A DNA stretch of 63,553 nt, filler included, from Licmophora abbreviata (Eukaryota), in assembly GCA_900291995.1 (NCBI GenBank). It is 8 parts of 8 records of this genome, joined end to end, with 100 filler letters (N's around TTAATTAATTAA, not from the genome) between each part and the next. Parts side by side here need not be neighbours in the genome. Positions count along the whole stretch, not along the records: positions 23,940 to 28,451 come from OLMU01000055.1; positions 28,552 to 33,423 come from OLMU01000056.1; positions 33,524 to 36,271 come from OLMU01000059.1; 5 more parts are not named here. One strand, 5' to 3'. The position numbers were made by a program, and so were the translations under genes. Positions 25,040 through 35,544 of the stretch are shown piece after piece. The notes beneath the pieces were generated by a model. That model ran no database searches and had not been told where the DNA came from. It worked only from the letters and a program-made list of their open reading frames with translations. Within the stretch, counting starts at the first letter, position 1; every line of letters begins with the position of its first letter.

Positions 25040-25525
25040 TTACATCTCAGCCTTGGCTATTTCAATCTGTTCGCCGAGCGTACCGTCCTGATACATCTCT
25101 ATCATGATATCACTGCCTCCGATGAATTCCCCCGCCACGTACAGCTGCGGAATCGTGGGCCACTGCGAAAAGTCCTTGACTCCAGATCGAATCGCTTCAT
25201 CCGCCAACACATCAACCGTGTGGAAGTCAATGTTGTACGAAGTCAAGATTTGGACGGCCGTATTAGAAAATCCACATTGAGGGAACAGCTTGCTGCCCTT
25301 CATAAAAAGAAGCACGGGGTGTTCATCGACGAGGCCTTGAATGCGCTCTTTGGTTCCTTCCGGGACCTGAAAGTCCGACATGGCGAGCTGGGATTGGCCG
25401 CTAGTAGAAGCGACACCGAGGGTGCTCAGTAGGGGCCGAGGAGCAAACGCCTGCGCGCCTGGAGACATACACGCCATATAAAGCCCCGTAGCAGCGAGAA
25501 TAGACAAGAAAGAGTATCGGACCAT
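25040..25525 (-). CDS. monothiol CGFS glutaredoxin, plastid-targeted
   Basis: LFMKG...PQCGFS, WPTIPQLYVAGEFIGGSDI; signal peptide ending AQA-FAP. Confidence 0.93.
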   Translation of the reverse strand: MVRYSFLSILAATGLYMACMSPGAQAFAPRPLLSTLGVASTSGQSQLAMSDFQVPEGTKERIQGLVDEHPVLLFMKGSKLFPQCGFSNTAVQILTSYNIDFHTVDVLADEAIRSGVKDFSQWPTIPQLYVAGEFIGGSDIMIEMYQDGTLGEQIEIAKAEM

Positions 25526-25838
25526 TGTTCTTCTTTTCGTTCGAGGCAAGAGGGTATTGCTACTGTGAATCAATGGGTGTGTATATCTTCAACCTTCGGC
25601 TGCGGGCTTGGTGGGGGTGTCTCTCTCTCGTTCTGTGCTCGATGAGCGCGTGCAAAAAATGTGTGACGTACAGCGCGCGCGAATTTGTGGGAGCGAGGAG
25701 CTCGCGAAGAGTTTTTACTCGAGGCCATGGCTAACACTGGGTTGCCTTTTCCCTAATCTGAAATCCGGTACAGGCCAGAGATGAAACGAAAGGCCTACAA
25801 AGCACGTATTTGATATCACATCAGTCCCTATGGCCATA

Positions 25839-27020
25839 CTATGCTTTATGATATTCTGTCTCCCAGTTTCGCAGCGCTTCTACGACGTTGGCAACGTCGA
25901 AGCTTGAAAGGCCAGATGCCAAGGCATACTCCGCAGCAAATGCTGAATCGCTTCTGGATAGAGCTTCCTTGTCGACCGTGTCTGTAGACTGCTTCTGTCT
26001 TGCTAATCGCTGGGAATGGACCTCCTTTGCTATCTTCTGTAGTGCCGGCGTCTGAAATCGAGACGGCGGAGTACCATCAAAGAACTCGCCCAGATCCATG
26101 TCAAACCTCTCTTCGTACTCGTCGGCTTGTATTATCATGTCCAATAAGTCTAGATCCTTGACCGCTTGGGATTCTTTTGACTCTCGAGCTTCGTATTCAT
26201 GAAGGAGGCTCATCAACATCTCAACCGAGCTACGACTTCCATCGTCAATGTCCATTGCCTTGTCCCCATCGTCGTCTGCCGTCGCACGCTCAAGTAAACG
26301 AGCAATCTTCGACATGGCTTCTTGCTCCATACGCGCCTTGTCTTCCTTGGAAACGTTGTCTTGCGGACAAAGATCTCCCATGACACACTCTGCAAGATCA
26401 TGCAGAAGCCCCATACTCATGCACTTGGCCACGTTGATTTCAGCCTGACCAACACCATCATCATCACGGCTATTCCCCAAGAGCAGAGAGAGGGCTGCGA
26501 CTCGCCATGAATGGTCGGCAACACTTTCGTAGTTTGGGACACCGCGTCTCACCCAGCCCGTGCGAGGCGTCGTTTTCAATCGGCCCACCAACCGTGCAAA
26601 TTCGACAGCTGCTGCTGCGGGCGATGAGTGTTTCATAGCATCGTCGTCGTCAGTGCACTGTTCATCAGGACGCAACTTATTCACCTTGGTCATCACACTT
26701 CTGTTGATATTGGAACGGATATTTGGGCGCGAAAAATAGGTCTGATCGAGTCGAACGTAAGTTGATGGGGCGAAGCTGCGGCACCGCAATATCGAGCACT
26801 GAAGCCAAACCAGAACGAAATGAAAAAGATTCAATCGATTGAATAGAAAGATCTTCTTGCAAGACAGTCTAGCAAGTCTGACGGGTGTGAGAAAAGAGAA
26901 GCACGGTCGAGAAGAGTGTGAATGTGGAAAAGCCGTCTTCCGCACATCGACAATCATCATCGTCGGCGACGCGATGCATGAACGCGACGCCGCGACGACA
27001 TCTTGAATCTCGACCATCAT
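25839..27020 (-). CDS. HD-domain 5'-deoxynucleotidase (HDDC2/YGK1-like); start uncertain
   Basis: LKTTPRTGWVRRGV, ESVADHSWR, LLHDLAE, VKDLDLLDMIIQADEYE. Confidence 0.88.
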   Translation of the reverse strand: MMVEIQDVVAASRSCIASPTMMIVDVRKTAFPHSHSSRPCFSFLTPVRLARLSCKKIFLFNRLNLFHFVLVWLQCSILRCRSFAPSTYVRLDQTYFSRPNIRSNINRSVMTKVNKLRPDEQCTDDDDAMKHSSPAAAAVEFARLVGRLKTTPRTGWVRRGVPNYESVADHSWRVAALSLLLGNSRDDDGVGQAEINVAKCMSMGLLHDLAECVMGDLCPQDNVSKEDKARMEQEAMSKIARLLERATADDDGDKAMDIDDGSRSSVEMLMSLLHEYEARESKESQAVKDLDLLDMIIQADEYEERFDMDLGEFFDGTPPSRFQTPALQKIAKEVHSQRLARQKQSTDTVDKEALSRSDSAFAAEYALASGLSSFDVANVVEALRNWETEYHKA

Positions 27021-27224
27021 GCGCGATCTTGAGTCAAATAAGTCAAAGGAGTCGAGTGATTCGAAATTTGACACCCACTTCGTCGAGCTCCAATTTGAGA
27101 ATACTCGCCCCAGACTTCGACGACACATTCAACAAGAAACATCGGCTCGAGGCGGCGACTGTCGACCACCATGGTGAAAGACGACGGCCGCCGAAAGCCA
27201 TTGAGTGCACAGCACTCTTCCATC

Positions 27225-29381
27225 ATGTGGTGGATTATTTTAGTCGCTATGGTCCGAGTGGATGCCTGGAATTCGCCTAACACGTATCCTTTCCGACGGA
27301 GATCTTCTATGGTATTGGGTCGTTTGTATTCAGCCAAAGATTCGGTCTCCTCTCCTGCAAGAACAGACCCTTTCAACACTTCGATGCGTTCCATGGGATT
27401 CTCTGATACCACGATTTCATCCATACAGAATCAATTGATAGATTCGGGGCTGCAGGACTCGTCAGAACTTGCACTTCTCGCTACTGATTTCGTTGACCGT
27501 CCCGAGGTGTTTGCCAATGTCCTGCAGTCAGACTTTGGATTTCCTCCGCTGTTGGCGCATCAGACTCGTGCGGCGGTTATTTACATGATATCGACGAAAG
27601 AAAAGGATAGACATAAACTTGAGAGAGATGCAAGTAACGTGGAGTTGACTTCAGGGAACTCTTCAGGGGTTGCGCTGGATCGGAACGTCACGACGATGTG
27701 TGCTGACAACATCATCGACTCTCCGATACTGTTCAAGTCCGTCGTGGTCAATGAAAAGGCACAAAAGCGACGGCAAACCAAGTTGAATGAAGTGTACTGC
27801 TATGGCCTTCCGACCAACTATCGTGACTTGCATCCAACTCTAGCAGCCGAGCTTGACGAGTTTTACACCTTCATGACGCGACCATCGACGGTCTCTCAAG
27901 AGGACCCCATTCGGCAGGCTACGGCCAACGTGTACATGCGACATGCCAAGTTGTTCTTAGGATTTCATTTACGTCAGTATGAGGTTGTCAACGGCGAATC
28001 CTCTAAAGTGTCCTTGTTTACGGTTATACCGAGTAAGGAAAAGGAATCGGCAGAGCAGTTTCTGGAGTTTGTCCTATGGCTAAGGGCCGAGAGGCGGATC
28101 TCAGTGTCATACGAAGCCAATGTGTTGCGGGGACTGACAAAACTACTAAAGTATAGGTTCGCCAAGGAGTCACTGTCGGACCCCGCATACGGAGAGAAGA
28201 GTTTTAATGATATTCCGCTCATTCGGGAGCTTCGCAAGCTGCATCGAGATGCCAACAAGCGACAGTCGATGGCGCCGCGATCAAGCGATGAAGACCGCAA
28301 GTGGTTATCGTGGTCAGAGTATCTCAAGGTTATCGAGGGGCTAAAGACAGACTTATTCAAACTCATGGAAAAATGTGAGTCTGAATCTCCCAAGAAGATT
28401 GGTACGAAGCAAGGACGAGCACAGGTCGAGGCATCCAAACGAAGGATCGCTNNNNNNNNNNNNNNNNNNNNNNNNNNNNNNNNNNNNNNNNNNNNTTAAT
28501 TAATTAANNNNNNNNNNNNNNNNNNNNNNNNNNNNNNNNNNNNNNNNNNNNAGAGAAGAGTTTTAATTGATATTCCGCTCATTCGGGAGCTTCGCAAGCT
28601 GCATCGAGATGCCAACAAGCGACAGTCGATGGCGCCGCGATCAAGCGATGAAGACCGCAAGTGGTTATCGTGGTCAGAGTATCTCAAGGTTATCGAGGGG
28701 CTAAAGACAGACTTATTCAAACTCATGGAAAAATGTGAGTCTGAATCTCCCAAGAAGATTGGTACGAAGCAAGGACGAGCACAGGTCGAGGCATCCAAAC
28801 GAAGGATCGCTACCGTGTTTCAACAGTACTTGATTCTCTCCATTTTTGCCTGTGTTCCAGATCGCCAGCGTACTATTCGTGAGCTGGAACTCGGACGATC
28901 GCTGGTCAAAGACGAGAAAGAGTCGGTGTGGGTAATCAAACACGGCCCAGACGATTACAAGACAGGCAAGACGTATGGAGATCGCCCGCCACTCGTCTTG
29001 TCTCCTGAGCTTGCCCCAGACATTGATGCGTTCTTGGCGAACTGGCGTGCATGTCTGAAACCCACCACAGAGCATGCTTTTGTTCAACCTCGGACTGGCA
29101 ACCCTCTTACTCAAGACTCGGTCTATCAGATAGTCGCTCGATCCTGCTTCAAGTATTCAGGAAAGAGAACGAATCCCCACTTGCTGAGAGATATGATTGT
29201 CACCCATGTACGCGAATCGGATGCTTCGGAGAAACAATTGGAGGCCCTCGCCTTGTATATGGGACATTCAATCCAGATGCAACGTAGTTCTTACGACCGG
29301 CGGACCCTCACCAAGAAAGTGGCTCCAGCGGTGGAACTCCTTCAGTCAGTCAACCGGCAGGAGAAAGCAATGGGGGACTAA
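27225..29381 (+). CDS. tyrosine recombinase/phage-integrase-family protein with N-terminal signal peptide; one gene split by a gap whose flanks overlap
   Basis: 28193-28451 is repeated at 28552-28811, and merging gives an ORF of about 598 aa. Motifs: PDRQRTIREL, YKTGKTYG, PHLLRD, MGHS, RSSYD. An in-frame ATG also exists at 27171. Confidence 0.85.
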
Positions 29382-29491
29382 GCAGAGGTTGGAAACAACT
29401 GATGTGCAGATTGTACGCTATGCGAGGGATGCTCCTTCACACCAATGATTTCACTGTTGATCTCTAATAGTTTCTTATCCAAAGGTTCTAT

Positions 29492-30244
29492 TCACGCCTC
29501 AGCTTCTTGCTGGGCTTCGACGACATTCTTGGCAAAGCTGTCGTACGCCCCTCCGATCTGCTGGGCCATCTCGTCGGGAAAGACGTGGAACGCCTCGTTC
29601 ACGACTGCCTTGACAACTGCATCTGCGACCACAGTGGGACTTTGTGCCATGTCTCGGAATCCAGCTTGGTCGGCCATGTCGGTGGCGATGGGACCAGGGT
29701 GAACCGACACGACCGTCGTACCCTGCTCGGTTAAGACCTCACGCAGTGATTGCGTTATGGAGTACGCCGCTGCCTTGCTCGCAGAGTAGGTGGCGAAGTT
29801 TCCGAAGGACTTCATTGACACGACCGAGTTGAGCTGAACGAAGACACCACCTCCGTTTTCTTTCAAGACGGGAGCAAATGCTTGTGCCATATGCAGAAGT
29901 CCATACACATTCACTTTGAGCTCGTATTCCAGGCTGGCCGCGGCGGATTCGTCCAGGGCAGTTGCAACCTTCAAAACGCCGGCATTGTTGACGACCACCT
30001 CCACATCACGTGCCTCGTTGGCAGCTGCGGTAATGGTTGAAGGATCTGCCAGGTCGATCCGAATTGGAGTCACCTTGTCGCTGCCGAAGCTCTCAACGAG
30101 ATGAGTAGCGGAGTCGATGTTGCGCACCGCCGCGTAGACCTTGGCAACATGCCCCTGTTCGATGAACGCTTTGACGAGAGTGGCTCCGATGCCACGGTTG
30201 GCACCTGTAACGAGTACAACTTTGTTTTTTAGATTGTAGGTCAT
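29492..30244 (-). CDS. classical short-chain dehydrogenase/reductase, intronless
   Basis: TGANRGIG, VNNAG, YSASK, VHPGPIATDM. Confidence 0.92.
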   Translation of the reverse strand: MTYNLKNKVVLVTGANRGIGATLVKAFIEQGHVAKVYAAVRNIDSATHLVESFGSDKVTPIRIDLADPSTITAAANEARDVEVVVNNAGVLKVATALDESAAASLEYELKVNVYGLLHMAQAFAPVLKENGGGVFVQLNSVVSMKSFGNFATYSASKAAAYSITQSLREVLTEQGTTVVSVHPGPIATDMADQAGFRDMAQSPTVVADAVVKAVVNEAFHVFPDEMAQQIGGAYDSFAKNVVEAQQEAEA

Positions 30245-30566
30245 CTTGTAGATTGTTGTTGTCTGTTTGGTTGTGGTTCGATTGCTTGCTGTAAACTTTG
30301 TGAGGAAGTTCATGTGCCGAGCTAATATACTAGAACCCGCCCAGGCGATTTCAAGATTGAACAACATCGGCTTCGACCGAATTCGAACGAACACACGCAC
30401 CTCGGCGAGGAATCGGGAGTCTTGATGAACGTGCGCTGCTCGAAAATCGAACGCCATGTTCATTTTTGAGGACAACTCTCATCTCGCCCATTGCTCATGC
30501 GACGGCCGCTTGGTGCGCTACAGCCCGTTGAAACAGTCTTGTCCGCCTTTGGAATTGATCTGTTGA

Positions 30567-33262
30567 ATGTCTAATTACGCAGAGGTTCTGCGTCGGGAAG
30601 ACACGTCGTCGGCGCAAGGAATCAATGTGCCCCAACAGGCGAGGTCGGATGATGCCCAGGTCCAACAAGCTAGTCAGATCCGCCTCGAGGCCCCCGTCCA
30701 TAGCGCCCATGAAAGGCATCAGTCTGTTGCTGATAGGACCTCTGCTTCCCGCGGGCCATCATTTGTTGCTCGAAAATCACCCAAAACTATGACGGCCGGA
30801 CCACCGCTCAAGAAAGCAAGAAAACCAAAACCAACTCTAAAGAACATGAGTATCGGGGATATGATTGGTCGTAATGTAAAGTTTCCCGTGAGCCAGCGCC
30901 ACGGTCACCCATCCTCTGATACTCAAATCCTGAAGAAAAGCGAGCCTTCTGCTCCACAGCGCTCGTTTCAGAAAGGAGACTTTCCAGCTTTATCCGCGTC
31001 CGCACCAGCAGTTGGGTCAACTCTCAAGCACTCACGGCCCTCCCTACCAGTGGATACAACATCGGGAAGTCAAAGGGGAGGAAAGCCGGCTGTCAGTACG
31101 AAGAGGAAAGCTGTACCAGCCACGTCTAAGAAGATTGAAAAGCGGAAACGAGCTACTGTCGCAACGATGAAGGGCCTGCCTCTACCCAAAGTGAAGGAGG
31201 AACAACGTGCGGCATCCGTCATGGACTCGTTTGTCGCAAAGCAGCGGCTCGATGACGGACGAGAGCATTCTCTCCTTAAGCTCATGCAAGAAGGAAAAAT
31301 TACGACGCAGAAAGGGCGGCAGCGAGTCACGCCACGAATGAAAAAGTTCACCACATTAAAGAAGAAAGTGTTGCAAGAACGACTGCGGCGGTGGAAAGAG
31401 GCGAATCCAGAAAAGAGAAACTTGAAGCCTCCTTCATCCTTGGCATCCAGACAGATTGATGAGAATCCAATACCTAAGTCGTCATCCTTATGTCTGCGTG
31501 GCTTTGTTGGGCGTGAGGAGCTTGAGGATGATGAGGAAATGCAGGAGATAATCGCCAACCTACAAGAAATGGCAGGCAAGGTTGGGACTGCTAGAGATGT
31601 GTTCGTCCGCCCGCCCAGCGGAATCTCAGACGACTGCCCAGTCTTTGTATTATTTTCGAATCAGGAGGAAGCCGCCGCAGCGCAGTCCTGCTGGGAAGGA
31701 CTTGTAATTGGTGGCCAGCGGCTAACTGCTGAAATTCTTCACCCGGAACTCGTGTCCGAAGCTACGGGCGGTAGCCCCAATAATCTGTGGCGCCAATCTA
31801 TTTTGAACTACAGCTTTCGGAGGGATCAAGCGACCGATAGAAATGGCCCAGTGAAACTTATGTTGGGCAATATTCTCTCAGAGGATGATCTGAACGACGA
31901 TGACTGTCTCGACGAAACTCTGAGTGATGTACGTTCCATGCTTCAAATACATGGGTCCTTGACTGGCGTTGTGACGGATAAACATAGCGGCAGTGTGATT
32001 GCTACATTTGTGAACGCCAGCGATGCTAGACAAGCGGAGGCACAGATGAATTTTGCGGTTATAGGTGGGAACGTCGTATCGGCCAAGGTGATTCATGAGG
32101 AAGCAATGATCGCGCCTTGCTATACAACTGCGAGCGCCGCTTGCAACACGGTGTCCATTAGAAATGCTCTGACAGAGGACGACTTCAAAGATGAAGACAA
32201 CCTTGAGGAGAGCCTTCGCAACATTCGAGCCGTTGCAGAGACACTTGGCGCTGTCGCTGAGGTCGATGTAAAACGCGAAGAAAATGCTGTTCTCGTATCG
32301 TATTCCGGTCCACTGTCAGTCGCCACAAATGCTGCCGAACAACTCAACAAGACATATCTTGGGGGTCAATTGATCGTGGCATCTGTTACTACAAGATGTG
32401 ATGCCACATTAGGAACAAAAGCAGCGTCGTGGGTTATTGTTCGCAATTTGTTAGCTGATGATGACCTAGAAGATCCAGACTCTCTCGAGGAAACTAAACG
32501 CGACATCGCAGAATTGGCCGGCCAGTACGGTGCCGTCGTATCGGTATCTCTTGAAGATGATATTTCTAATCATGCGGTCAAGATTCAGTACGAAGGAGGC
32601 ATTGAGATTGCGATGGAAGCAGCTGACAAATTTAGCCAAATGGTCATCGGCGGACAAGAGATCTCGACTGTTGCGCTTGCCGAACCGACGACGCAGAGAA
32701 TCTCTGCGGATCGAATGAATCCAATACCCTCTACAAATGACGAATCGGCTCATTCCGAGAAGAAGTTACTCTACTCGGGAGACAAGCTCATCTCTGAAAG
32801 GTTCGCGGAGTGCAAGCAGGTCCCGAAAATTAGCTCCAGCGACGGATCACGTCACTACGCGAAGGTTATCGACGACGGCGTCGTGAAGCCGCTATTGGTT
32901 GAAATGCTAGGCGAGCTCATGAGACTTCAAAACGTGCTATAGAAGACAAAAATGCCAAGGCACGTCGTCGCCTTGTTATGGGACTCAGAGAAGTTTCTCG
33001 GGGGATTCGAAGCAACAAAGTGAAAATGGTGGTTATGGCAAACAACCTCGATGACTACGGCGTCATCGACGACAAATTGCAAGAGATTCTAGATTTAGCA
33101 AAATCACAAGCTATTCCTGTGCTCTTTGAGCTAAACAAACGGCGACTTGGAAAGGCTGTCGGCAAGACTATCAAGATTGGTGTAATTGGAGTCCAGAATG
33201 CCGAAGGAGCTCATCAGCAGTTCAAGAAGCTCACAGTTATGGCACCCAATAATCCTACGTAG
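30567..33262 (+). CDS. SECISBP2: SECIS-binding protein 2 homolog with inserted UHM/RRM repeats; apparent frameshift at A-run 32929-32932
   Basis: SID-like KGRQRVTPRMKKFTTLKKKVLQER. Adding one A gives LMRLQKRAIEDKNAKARRRLVMGLREV...LNKRRLGKAVGK...IGVIGVQNAEGA (L7Ae domain). Confidence 0.85.
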
Positions 33263-33277
33263 CAGATTGTAGCAGAC

Positions 33278-33423
33278 TCATCGACGGGGTCCGCCAAACG
33301 GGTTCTGCGTGAACCCACCGCCTTGGCTTTCGTGAGAAAACCTGCACTTGTCACCATAACGACACTTGCCTTGTGCGTAAAACTTGCATGGAGGTTTGTT
33401 AGAGCTTCCACTTCGTCCTTGTC
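33278..33423 (-). CDS. 3' end of a CCCH zinc-finger protein; the rest lies in the gap
   Basis: Not in the ORF track. Hand translation: QGRSGSSNKPPCKFYAQGKCRYGDKCRFSHESQGGGFTQNPFGGPRR* (C-x7-C-x5-C-x3-H). Confidence 0.8.
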
Positions 33424-33852
33424 NNNNNNNNNNNNNNNNNNNNNNNNNNNNNNNNNNNNNNNNNNNNTTAATTAATTAANNNNNNNNNNNNNNNNNNNNN
33501 NNNNNNNNNNNNNNNNNNNNNNNAATCGATGATTGCCATCCATCTCTTCACGCCCCCTCCCGACTGTTGAGTCAAGTCGGGTCGTCGGCGTCTCCTTGCA
33601 TGAGTCAATCGCGTCTCTCTCTCTCTCTCTTCGTCGCGCGCGCGTTGAGTTACTGTATGCGCGCATCATTGCTGCGGGCGTCGGATTGACGGAGAAAAAG
33701 TGACCATGACACGCCGCGACACTCTCGAAGGAGACATTCATCGCGGCGCCGCGTCGTGGTCGCTTCTGTCCTACTTCTGTCCCTGATGGTGTGTTTTCCA
33801 GTATAGTGACGTGACGAGAAGACCTAGTGTGGATCTCCAGCGACGAACGATA

Positions 33853-35190
33853 ATGAACTTCCAAATGATGTTCGCGGCGACGACTTTAGCGTTGATGCTA
33901 TTGTATCCGGATGTGGCGGCAGGGTTCACCTCCTCATCCAGGCCGGGACTACTACGCTTGTCTCACCTTCGGATACCATATGGTGGACAATCTAGACTTT
34001 TTGAGTCGCAATGGGACGACGACGATGTAACAGCAGCAGCAGCAGCAGCAGCAAGATCGACGACCCAACGAAACAAGCCCATAGGCGCTCCCATCGGTTC
34101 CTCGAAAGCTCCGGAACGACCACGTACGGTGGACCGCATGGAAAAGTTCTCTCGCTTGCCTGTATGGCCCGCTTGGAACGGGGTGCTGATCTTTGTCGTT
34201 TCGAGACTGCTCGGAGAAGAAGTTGCTGCGAAATTGGAACACGCCATCGGCGGTCGCGTCTGTCCCAATTTCTTCGTAGCGGAACAGACCTCGCCTTTCA
34301 TCATGCTGGTTCATCATTGTCATTCCTTTGCTCCCTACGATCCACTCCGCTTCTTTCAACGTACCTTCTTTCCAGAAGGCTTTCCAGCCCATCCTCACCG
34401 AGGCTTTGTGACGGTCACGTACTTTGTCAAGGGAGGTTTTTCGCATCGCGACAGCATGGGCGTCAAGCAAATGTACGGTGCGGAATCACGACATGATGGA
34501 AAGCACACGCAGTGGCTCACGACTGGCGCCGGTGTACTGCACGAAGAAATGTTTGATTTTCGGGAGGAGAACAGTGGCTTGTTTGGATTCTTGCAGCCGT
34601 CGTCGCAAGAACTGTATCAATTGTGGTTGAACGTGCCGGCATCGCACAAGCTGGACGATCCCAGTGTCGACTTGTTGGGTGGACCCGATGAGACGCCTCT
34701 TGTAGAGGTGACGAGCGAGGACGGATCCAAAACAGAAACGCTAGTATTGGCTGGTGATTACCGAGGCAAACAATCGACGGCTCCTCTAGTCTCGCCCGTT
34801 GCCCTGTTTCATGTTCGCATGGAGCCAGGCTCAACGTGGAGACACGATCTACCTACGAACTTTCAGACGGCTATGATTTACTTGCGATCCGGTTCTGTCA
34901 GTGTTGGGGATGAGCGAATCCCTCCCCATTACACTGCCTACTTGAGTTCCGGGGGCACGCAACTAGCAGTGACGACATCGGATGAGCCGGCGGATTTCAT
35001 GTTCTTGGCGGGCCAGCCCTTGAATGAACCGGTTTCGGCGCAGGGATCCATGGTGATGAATTCACCCGACGAAATCAATCACGCCTACGCTGACTATCAG
35101 GTAGGGCGTATGGGAAGACCGTGGGATCATACGATTTCGGACGAGGAGTGGCGGGAACATGTGCGTACATATCCGTCTCAGTACAAGTAA
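33853..35190 (+). CDS. pirin-family protein, probably plastid-targeted
   Basis: GFPAHPHRGFVTVTY, HRDSMG, QWLTTGAGVLHEEM, YQLWLNVPA, QGSMVMNSPDEI; signal peptide ending AAG-F. Confidence 0.92.
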   Translation: MNFQMMFAATTLALMLLYPDVAAGFTSSSRPGLLRLSHLRIPYGGQSRLFESQWDDDDVTAAAAAAARSTTQRNKPIGAPIGSSKAPERPRTVDRMEKFSRLPVWPAWNGVLIFVVSRLLGEEVAAKLEHAIGGRVCPNFFVAEQTSPFIMLVHHCHSFAPYDPLRFFQRTFFPEGFPAHPHRGFVTVTYFVKGGFSHRDSMGVKQMYGAESRHDGKHTQWLTTGAGVLHEEMFDFREENSGLFGFLQPSSQELYQLWLNVPASHKLDDPSVDLLGGPDETPLVEVTSEDGSKTETLVLAGDYRGKQSTAPLVSPVALFHVRMEPGSTWRHDLPTNFQTAMIYLRSGSVSVGDERIPPHYTAYLSSGGTQLAVTTSDEPADFMFLAGQPLNEPVSAQGSMVMNSPDEINHAYADYQVGRMGRPWDHTISDEEWREHVRTYPSQYK

Positions 35191-35447
35191 GCTAGTATAG
35201 TGATGAACGGAATGGTTAGACGATAATATGGAAAACAGAAGAGTCCTCGCATAATTTCTTATTCTATGCGGATAGAGCGTACAAAACAGACTGGGGAATT
35301 CCTGGTTCGGTCGATTCCGAACGTGCCGATCCTTGACATTCGTCAACTGTCGCCATCAGTACTAATAAAGCAAAGGGCAAACACGCGTTTATACACAAAG
35401 CATACATACAAGAAGGAAGCTTGGAGAGAAGAAAACGAAGATTCAAG

Positions 35448-35516
35448 TACATGGACGATTGTCACCCCATCAGCTCATCTTACTGAAGAAGAAGGAGGTC
35501 ATTCATCGTTCTTGTA
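35448..35516 (-). promoter_or_regulatory. candidate SECIS element in the 3'UTR of the DCC1-like gene
   Basis: Minus strand: TACAAGAACGAT-GA-ATGAC-CTCCTTCTTCTT-CAGTAAGAT-GAGCTGATGGGG-TGAC-A-ATCGTCCATGTA. AUGA/GA core present; apical loop atypical. Confidence 0.45.
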
Positions 35517-35544
35517 AGTCTCAACGTTTCGCATCCTTTTTCGT

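Noticed and set aside
28193..28811. About 260-bp direct repeat inside the recombinase gene, which could be taken for an att site or LTR
   Set aside because: The copies flank an N gap and continue the same ORF, so they are unmerged overlapping contig ends.
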